Position numbers and translations under genes: made by a program. The notes beneath the pieces were generated by a model. It saw nothing but the letters and a program-made list of their open reading frames with translations, had not been told where the DNA came from and searched no databases. Positions 25,020 to 32,000 of a stretch of DNA of 32,000 nt are shown piece by piece (positions within the stretch are counted from its first letter, which is position 1; each line of letters opens with the position of its first letter). Source of the DNA: Candidatus Saccharimonadota bacterium (GTDB lineage Bacteria > Pseudomonadota > Alphaproteobacteria > Rickettsiales > Anaplasmataceae); contig CP085695.1 in the NCBI GenBank assembly GCA_029715105.1, positions 540,001-572,000 on the forward strand, in the 5' to 3' direction.

Positions 25020-25829
25020 TTTTATCCATTTTAAGATTTATTAAGTAAGATGAGCAAACATCAAAACTTAATTAGTATATATATGATCATATTTAGAGTA
25101 AATAGACCTTTGTATAATTTACTATTATTAATACGGTAATCTTTTTTTTTTGAGAAAATGTAAAATAGAAAATTTATAAATTAAAATCAAAGATTAATGT
25201 TTATTTTATATTACCTGATATAAATTTTATGAGAGTAAAATGTATAAAATCGAGTAATATGAAAAGAAAATTATATTTTAGTTTGTTTTGAGCAAATTTA
25301 AAAACAAAAATAAGTGTTTGTTTTTAGAATAAAAGAATTAATTATTTATATCTACAAACTATATTATAACAATTATTAAAATGCAAAGCTTGTAATGTAT
25401 TTTAGTGTTTTATTTACCTTTTATAAACATAAGAGAAAATTCTTTGATAGAGATTTGTTAATGTTTTATAGTTATATGTGTAGCCAAAGTAACTTTTATG
25501 GTATTGTAGTTAAAATAAGAATTTATATTCTTTTTAAAGCTATATATTCCGTTTTACAATAGGAGGATTTATATACAGATTCATAAAAATTTGACTATTT
25601 GAAATAATGTTGCAAAATAAGAATTTATAAAAATTAGAAAAGAGTATATTACCTATACGCAATAGAGCTCAATTTTTAATAAAATTAAATAATTTTCTAG
25701 CTAATGTTCTTCTATAATGTGGTAATAAAATACATAGAAATAAAACTAAAAATCTTAAAACTACTAAAATTAATGCCTTTTTAAAAGAATCGTCATAATC
25801 AATATCAATCAAAAATAAATAAAAAGTAA

Positions 25830-26588
25830 ATGACTAAATTATGCATAAAAGGAATAAAAAATATAATCCTTATCGCATCTGGTAAGGGAGGTGTCGGTAA
25901 ATCGACAGTCGCAATAAATCTGGCATTTTCATTAGCAAAGTTAAAACGTAAAATTGGATTGTTTGATGCTGATATATATGGTCCTTCCATTCCAAAAATA
26001 CTTGGCGCCGAAAAAATAAAACCAAAAATACAAAATGGAAAAATAATACCTATAGAAAAATATGGGCTATATACTATTTCAATAGGTTATTTTATTGATG
26101 AAGGTCGTGCGACAATATGGCGTGGACCTATAGTAGTAAAAACACTTTATAATTTATTAATGGGAACAAAATGGCCTAACATAGATCAATTAATAATTGA
26201 TACACCACCAGGAACAGGTGATATACATCTAAGTCTAATGAAAAATTTTAATTTAACAGGTACAATAATAGTCTCAACTCCACAGGAACTTGCTTTGATC
26301 GAGGTCTATAAAATATATAATATGCTCACAAAGCTTAATATACCTATTATTGGTATTATAGAAAATATGAGCTATTTTACCCAAAACAACTCAAAAATAT
26401 ATATTTTTGGAAAGAATAACGTGAAAAAAATATCTAAAAAATTAAAAATCAAATTTTTAGGCCAAATTCCATTGGATCCACAAACATGCAATACTTCTAA
26501 TCCTAAAAATTCCTTAATACAGAACAAAAATTTATCAGGAATTTATGAAAATATTGCCAGAAATGTTGAATCTTTTTACAATTTATAA
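25830..26588 (+). CDS. mrp: Mrp/ApbC/NBP35-family P-loop ATPase, truncated form lacking the CxxC motif
   Basis: 252 aa with the deviant Walker A SGKGGVGKST, DTPPGTGD, and IIENMSYF. A stop codon sits immediately upstream of the ATG, so there is no N-terminal domain in frame. Confidence 0.85.
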   Translation: MTKLCIKGIKNIILIASGKGGVGKSTVAINLAFSLAKLKRKIGLFDADIYGPSIPKILGAEKIKPKIQNGKIIPIEKYGLYTISIGYFIDEGRATIWRGPIVVKTLYNLLMGTKWPNIDQLIIDTPPGTGDIHLSLMKNFNLTGTIIVSTPQELALIEVYKIYNMLTKLNIPIIGIIENMSYFTQNNSKIYIFGKNNVKKISKKLKIKFLGQIPLDPQTCNTSNPKNSLIQNKNLSGIYENIARNVESFYNL

Positions 26589-26616
26589 AAATTATTTAAT
26601 ATAATAACATTTAAAT

Positions 26617-27792
26617 ATGAATTATTATGATGTAATCATTTCAGGAGGCGGATTGCTTGGCCTTATTACCGCTATTGGCCTAAACAATAACTCCGTTTCC
26701 GTAGCAGTAATAGAAAAAAACAATTTACCAAACGTAATTGATGATAATAGAGCGTTTGCTATTTCTCATATAGCAAAAAAAATATTAGAAAAACTAGAGA
26801 TTTGGAAGTTTATAAAAAATAAAGCAGAACCTATACTCGACATATGTATATTAGATGAATATAGCCCAATTACTGTACATTATAATTACAAAATGATTAG
26901 TAAAGAACCGATGGGATACGTTGTTAACAATACAGTAATATGGAACGCAATTAATAATAATTTCCTACATAAACTAAATATATACTCTTCACTTTCTTAT
27001 AAAGAGATCACTTGCAATATGGGATATGTAAAACTTATTCTTGATAATAATAAACAACTAATATCGTCACTACTTATTTGCGCTGAAGGCAAAAATTCTA
27101 AATTACTAAAATTACTTTCCATACCAATAATAAAATTTGATTATAAACAAAGTAGTATAGTTTTTAATATAGAAAACGAGCTACACCATCAAAATCTTGC
27201 TGTAGAACGATTTTTTCCAGGTGGTCCATTTGCGATTTTACCAATGAAAGGCGGTCACACTTCATCAATAATTTGGACAGAAAAGTCCGAAATTTCAAAA
27301 ATGTTGATGAGTTTATCTGAAAAAGAATTTATAATAGAACTCAAAAAGAGGTTTAGTTCCTATCTAGGAAAAATCAAATTAAAAAGTCAAAGAAAATCCT
27401 ACCCATTAAGTTTTGCTTTCGCGAAAAAGTTATATAAAGAAAGAATCTTACTTATTGGTGATGCAGCGCACTCAATCCACCCAATTGCAGGACAAGGACT
27501 TAACCTAGGAATTAAAGATATAGAAAGTGTTATAAAACATATAACTTCTGCAAGAATATTTGGTATTGATATTGGTAGTAAATATCTTTTAAAAAAGATC
27601 TCATGCGATAGATATTTTGACAATTTTATCATGGCACTTATAACTAATGGATTAAATAAAATTTTTTCTAATAAAATATATTTTGCTAAAATAATAAGAA
27701 ATCTTGGTTTAATAGTAATTGAAAACTCAAATTTTCTCAAAAAACGTTTCATAAAACACGCTATGTGGGACTATAGATATCTATTTAAATAA
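26617..27792 (+). CDS. FAD-dependent ubiquinone-biosynthesis hydroxylase, UbiH/UbiF/VisC/COQ6 family
   Basis: 391 aa with the N-terminal dinucleotide fold YDVIISGGGLLGL and the conserved GDAAHSIHPIAGQGLNLG block. Confidence 0.87.
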   Translation: MNYYDVIISGGGLLGLITAIGLNNNSVSVAVIEKNNLPNVIDDNRAFAISHIAKKILEKLEIWKFIKNKAEPILDICILDEYSPITVHYNYKMISKEPMGYVVNNTVIWNAINNNFLHKLNIYSSLSYKEITCNMGYVKLILDNNKQLISSLLICAEGKNSKLLKLLSIPIIKFDYKQSSIVFNIENELHHQNLAVERFFPGGPFAILPMKGGHTSSIIWTEKSEISKMLMSLSEKEFIIELKKRFSSYLGKIKLKSQRKSYPLSFAFAKKLYKERILLIGDAAHSIHPIAGQGLNLGIKDIESVIKHITSARIFGIDIGSKYLLKKISCDRYFDNFIMALITNGLNKIFSNKIYFAKIIRNLGLIVIENSNFLKKRFIKHAMWDYRYLFK

Positions 27793-28101
27793 TCTCTCTC
27801 AAGAGTAAAATTTAAAACTTTGTTTTTCATTTTGAACTTGCATATTTTTTAGACATTACAATTTAACAAATTTCCTGGATTAAATTAAAACTCTTTTTAT
27901 AAGATTTTTAATTTTAGGCTAATCCTTCCCCTCCTCTCTTAATATTTTGCACAATTTTTCTATAAATTAAATTCTCTCCCCTCTATCCACTCTTTCTCTA
28001 CCAAAATTTAAAACAAACAATCCCTCTCATATATAAAATTAAAACAAAATAAACCACTTATTTTTCTCATTAAATTGCATATATACTCTCTTAACTCAAA
28101 A

Positions 28102-30141
28102 TTAAGAATCAGATTTATTATCTTCTTTTAATTCATCAAGTTTATCCTCCTCTATATTGGAGAATAAAACATCATCAACTTCCATTTTAAATTTATCGTC
28201 ATCTTCAAACTCATCTTCTTCTTCATTAAATCCATCCTCTTCATCATCAAACAGCATATCATCAATGCATTCATCCTCATAATCTACTCCCCCCTCTTCA
28301 CTATTATTATACACCTCATTTTGAACTTCATTATCAATGGTACTAGAATCCATAATAACACCATTATTACCTTCTTTTTTGTTAGCTTCATTCTTATTAG
28401 AGATAGCAGAAAAAATCTTATCCGGATCGTATGGTTCTTGTATAGGTATAGAAGTGGGTTTAAGCAATCTTCTTGTAAACATACTATCACTATAATATAA
28501 AATCTTTTTTGATTTAATTGGATAAGTTGATTCTACCAAAATTATCTGCTCATCACGGGGTAACATAATGATTTCTTGAGGTAATAATAATGCTCTTTGT
28601 ATTTCTGAGATATGCAACGATCTCGAAGCAGGATTCAAATCTAAAAATTTAGGTCTGTTTAACGATTCTTGTTCTACAGTTTTATTCCCTATAAGTTGTG
28701 ATATTAAATTAGCAGTCTCAATATTATTAGCCGCAAAAGTTATTCTATATGTTGAATTTGATAGAAAGGAATTCATTCCCGCTTCTTCATATATTCCCTT
28801 AAGTTGTTCAGTATCCTGAACTATTAAAAATAATCTAACTCTATAACCACGAAAATATGCAATACCTGTTTGAAATTGTTCCATCTTTCCAAGAGTTGGA
28901 AACTCATCCATCAAAAATAACACACCGTAAGGTTCATCATCTGATGGTAATTTTCTACATAAAAATTCAGTTGCCTGCTGATAAAAAACCTGCATTAAAG
29001 GTCTTAATCTATTTAAATTATCCGGAGTTAATCCAACGTAAACTGTAATTCTCTTCTTCTTAAAATCTAAAATACTGAAATCACTCGTTGCTGTTGCAGT
29101 ATCAATTAATGGATTTGCCCACAATTCAAGAGATGAATTCATAGTTGAAATTACACCTGATCTCTCTTTATCAGCTTTTTGTAGAAAAGCTGCAATATTC
29201 ATATACGCCACAGGATGTATTATTTTACCAATTGTATCTAAAACAACAGCAAGATTATAAATAACATCGTCACTACGCATTGTGCGCACAACCTCACCAA
29301 AAGATTTAACCTTTTCTTGCGCAGCAAGTAAATATAACACCACTCCAACAAATAGGCTTCTCGCCTCATTTTGCCAAAAATCCTGTTCAGGCATAATTAA
29401 ATTGGCTATCTTCTGCACGTCGTCAACCATTTGTCCTGGCTTTTCGCTAATCCACTCTAACGGATTATAACAATGGCTCATTCCATCCGGCTGAGCTGGA
29501 TTCCAAACATATACTTTCTGTCCTTGTTTCTCTCGCCAACCACTTGTTATTTCATAATTTTCTAATTTTATATCATGTACAATTACAGAGTCAGTCCAAA
29601 ATAACAAATTAGGAATTACAAAACCAACACCCTTACCAGAACCCGTGGGAGCAAAAAGTAATACATGTTGAAATCCGTCAGCAATAAAATAACCTCTTTT
29701 ATCCCTGCCAAGTAACAAGCCACTTTTACTCCTTAATCTAGCCTTTCTTATATCTCTTTCTGATGCCCATTTTGAATCTCCATGCAATGATTCTTTCTTT
29801 TTAAATGGACGCCATTCAACTATCCTCTCCCTAGAATTCCATAAAATAATTATCAAAATAATAACAGGCAAAACAAAAGATATTAACAACTTAATTTTAA
29901 CATTCAAATCATACAACTCTGGATAACGCCAACAATACTGTATATGATTAAAAATTGTCGGCCAAAGAGCCTGAGGAAAAGGCGTTAAACTAGGATTAAT
30001 TGCCTTAAAGTCCACTCCATCTGGACCATCAACAAATAAATAAAACAATATGCCAGATAAATAAAAGCAAAATTCTAATACGCTAAAAGCTATAATTCCT
30101 CCTATTAAAATATTACGTAAATGATTATTACTACTACTCAT
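28102..30141 (-). CDS. virD4: Type IV secretion system coupling protein VirD4
   Basis: 679 aa with N-terminal TM helices, Walker A APTGSGKGVGFVIPN and Walker B-like VLFLMDEFPTLG. It lies 17 nt downstream of virB11 and has a long acidic C-terminal tail. Confidence 0.95.
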   Translation of the reverse strand: MSSSNNHLRNILIGGIIAFSVLEFCFYLSGILFYLFVDGPDGVDFKAINPSLTPFPQALWPTIFNHIQYCWRYPELYDLNVKIKLLISFVLPVIILIIILWNSRERIVEWRPFKKKESLHGDSKWASERDIRKARLRSKSGLLLGRDKRGYFIADGFQHVLLFAPTGSGKGVGFVIPNLLFWTDSVIVHDIKLENYEITSGWREKQGQKVYVWNPAQPDGMSHCYNPLEWISEKPGQMVDDVQKIANLIMPEQDFWQNEARSLFVGVVLYLLAAQEKVKSFGEVVRTMRSDDVIYNLAVVLDTIGKIIHPVAYMNIAAFLQKADKERSGVISTMNSSLELWANPLIDTATATSDFSILDFKKKRITVYVGLTPDNLNRLRPLMQVFYQQATEFLCRKLPSDDEPYGVLFLMDEFPTLGKMEQFQTGIAYFRGYRVRLFLIVQDTEQLKGIYEEAGMNSFLSNSTYRITFAANNIETANLISQLIGNKTVEQESLNRPKFLDLNPASRSLHISEIQRALLLPQEIIMLPRDEQIILVESTYPIKSKKILYYSDSMFTRRLLKPTSIPIQEPYDPDKIFSAISNKNEANKKEGNNGVIMDSSTIDNEVQNEVYNNSEEGGVDYEDECIDDMLFDDEEDGFNEEEDEFEDDDKFKMEVDDVLFSNIEEDKLDELKEDNKSDS

Positions 30142-30158
30142 AAATAATCTATTAAAAA

Positions 30159-31151
30159 TTAAGAATTTAAATCTGATAATCTGGTAAATAATATTTCAGA
30201 AACATTTCTCTTTCCACAACTAGTTCTTTTTAATTGAACAACAATATCAATTACATTTCTAATGTATGGTACAATTTGATCCGGTAAAATACCAAGATTT
30301 GCTTGCATAACCATAAGTTTTATTTGTTCAATAGCCATTTCTGGATTATCTGCATGAAGAGTCGATATCGAACCTGGATGACCAGTATTTACTGCTCTAA
30401 GAAAACTAAAAGCTTCAACCCCACGTAACTCTCCAACTATTATTCTATCTGGTCTCAAACGTAAACATGCTTCTATCAAATCTTGAATTGTTACTTTTGC
30501 CCTACCTTGTCCTCCCTTAGAAGCAATTAAATGCACTTTATTTGGGTGATCACTTAAAATAATTTCTCTTGTATCTTCAACAGTAATAATTCTCTCCTGA
30601 GATGGAATAACACGTAAAATTGCATTAATAAAAGTAGTTTTACCAGTAGATGTTCCGCCGCTAATTATAATATTCTTTTTATTTATTAAAGCATATTCTA
30701 AAAATTCCTTTATTCTTCTTTGTTTTAATAACAATCCAAGACGACGATCCACAGGATTACCAACTATTTCCACAACAGTTTTAGAAAAGGCTCCCATTTT
30801 TTCGTAATCATCTAATGACAATCGGATACTAGAAGGTCTACGAATTGACATTATTACTTTATCAGATTCGCATGCTGGTGGAAATACTATCTGTATACGA
30901 CACCCATTCGGCAATGTAGCTGAAAGCAAAGGTGTTTCTTCACTTAATCTTTGTTCTGTTGCTTGAGCAATTAATCTACCAAGAGATCTTAAATGATTAA
31001 AATCAAACACCTCTAATTTCTCGCATCTTATCTTACCTCGATTTTCAATCCATACTTCTCTAGGCCTATTTATTGATATTTCACTTACACCTTCCTCCTG
31101 AAAAAGCCCTTGTAATGGTTCTAAGTACGTATCTAGTGCAGCATACTTCAT
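30159..31151 (-). CDS. virB11: Type IV secretion system ATPase VirB11
   Basis: 330 aa with Walker A GGTSTGKTT, the Asp box/Walker B RIIVGELRG and the His box NTGHPGSISTLHA. A purine-rich RBS precedes the ATG. Confidence 0.95.
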   Translation of the reverse strand: MKYAALDTYLEPLQGLFQEEGVSEISINRPREVWIENRGKIRCEKLEVFDFNHLRSLGRLIAQATEQRLSEETPLLSATLPNGCRIQIVFPPACESDKVIMSIRRPSSIRLSLDDYEKMGAFSKTVVEIVGNPVDRRLGLLLKQRRIKEFLEYALINKKNIIISGGTSTGKTTFINAILRVIPSQERIITVEDTREIILSDHPNKVHLIASKGGQGRAKVTIQDLIEACLRLRPDRIIVGELRGVEAFSFLRAVNTGHPGSISTLHADNPEMAIEQIKLMVMQANLGILPDQIVPYIRNVIDIVVQLKRTSCGKRNVSEILFTRLSDLNS

Positions 31152-31170
31152 CTCTTCCCTTTCCTTCTTT

Positions 31171-32000
31171 TTACTTTAACACTGCTTGTAATGGAAATAT
31201 TATGTCTTGTTTAACAAAAACTTTCAACGCAGTACCTTGACTTATAAAAACAGTTATCTTTTTATCTATAGATCTATTAATTAAATCTCGCATATCTTTA
31301 GAAAAATCACCGATCAATCTATTGACAGCTTCATCATAAATAGATTTATTTTTTTTAAAAAATTGTTGCAATAGCTGGTTTATATTTTCTAAATTTATAT
31401 TTATCTCACCTTTCTCAATTTCTAACGCACTTGCTATTTCCTCTTTTATTATATTCAACAAATCTTTCTCATTTTTAGCGCTCTTAATTCTTCCAATAGC
31501 TTCAAAGTCCAATTTCCATTTATCACTAGGTATCTCTTTTCCTAGTTTAATAATATCTTTAAGTGAATAAAAATCTATTGCAGTTGCAGTAATAGATCTC
31601 ACCGCATCCATAAAAGTTAATGAGTCAACAAAATTAGAAACCTTTTGCCCTATAACAGATGATCCGATCGAAACTCCTGCAAGCAATATAGAAGAAAATA
31701 ACGCATTTGTTATCTTATTATCTACTATTCCAGTTATTCCGGCACTGCCAAGTTCATCAATACCAGATGATGAAATAGCAATGTCTATCCCATGAGGAAG
31801 AATAATCCTATTCCAATTTATATTTACACGAGCTTTCGTAATATTTGAATCAAATGAATAGCTACCTATCAATCTTGATCCTCTCGGTATTAAAACCGTA
31901 TCACCAGATTCTGCATAAACATTACTACTAACTATTGCACGTAACATTCCTTGCAAATCAGAATTTATTGCGGTTTCAAGAACTGCATCAATAATCTTAC
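31171..32000 (-). CDS. virB10: Type IV secretion system protein VirB10, C-terminal portion; the 5' end lies beyond the window
   Basis: The frame stays open to the window edge: ...KIIDAVLETAINSDLQGMLRAIVSSNVYAESGDTVLIPRGSRLIG...NWNRIILPHG...GIVDNK...ITVFISQGTALKVFVKQDIIF. This matches the conserved VirB10/TrbI C-terminal barrel. The track's Met at 31956 is an internal TTG. Confidence 0.9.
   Translation of the reverse strand, partial: KIIDAVLETAINSDLQGMLRAIVSSNVYAESGDTVLIPRGSRLIGSYSFDSNITKARVNINWNRIILPHGIDIAISSSGIDELGSAGITGIVDNKITNALFSSILLAGVSIGSSVIGQKVSNFVDSLTFMDAVRSITATAIDFYSLKDIIKLGKEIPSDKWKLDFEAIGRIKSAKNEKDLLNIIKEEIASALEIEKGEININLENINQLLQQFFKKNKSIYDEAVNRLIGDFSKDMRDLINRSIDKKITVFISQGTALKVFVKQDIIFPLQAVLK

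Noticed and set aside
25031-25044. Apparent CtrA-type box TTAAGATTTATTAA just upstream of typA, which would have supported an origin call.
   Set aside because: On counting, the spacing is TTAA-N6-TTAA, not the N7 of the CtrA consensus. TTAA pairs are also frequent by chance in DNA this AT-rich.

Overview
This is an AT-rich segment (roughly 27-30% GC by eye) that reads as core chromosome of an obligate-intracellular Anaplasmataceae bacterium, most like Ehrlichia or a close relative. Three things support that placement: a 23S-5S rRNA pair with no 16S or spacer tRNAs nearby, a virB10-virB11-virD4 type IV secretion cluster, and many long ORF-free spacers.

Gene order:
- Left third: htpG (5' end outside the window), tal, atpC, atpD, pstC, rpmH, rnpA, 5S and 23S rRNA.
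- Middle: a frameshifted SAM-methyltransferase relic, nrdA, ruvX, plsY, a sodium:alanine symporter, pssA, psd, an aspartate aminotransferase, ccmC, pccB and tRNA-Thr(GGU).
- Right third: typA, mrp/apbC-like, a UbiH-family hydroxylase, virD4, virB11 and virB10 (5' end outside the window).

I saw no mobile elements, CRISPR arrays, tandem repeats, toxin-antitoxin pairs or defence-like cassettes, and I cannot support a claim of a new multi-gene system here. The only secretion or defence-type system present is the well-described Rickettsiales T4SS cluster.

The observations most worth a second look are:
1. The typA-mrp spacer has the opposite G/C asymmetry to every other long spacer.
2. The Mrp/ApbC-like ATPase has lost the cluster-ligating CxxC motif and has no N-terminal domain.
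3. VirD4 ends in a strongly acidic C-terminal tail.
4. VirB10 has an unusually long helical segment where the outer-membrane antenna should be.
5. The methyltransferase relic has its SAM-binding motif out of frame.
6. The htpG/tal spacer holds a three-arm GC-rich alternative-hairpin element.

All coordinates of RNA ends, promoters and terminators are hand estimates.
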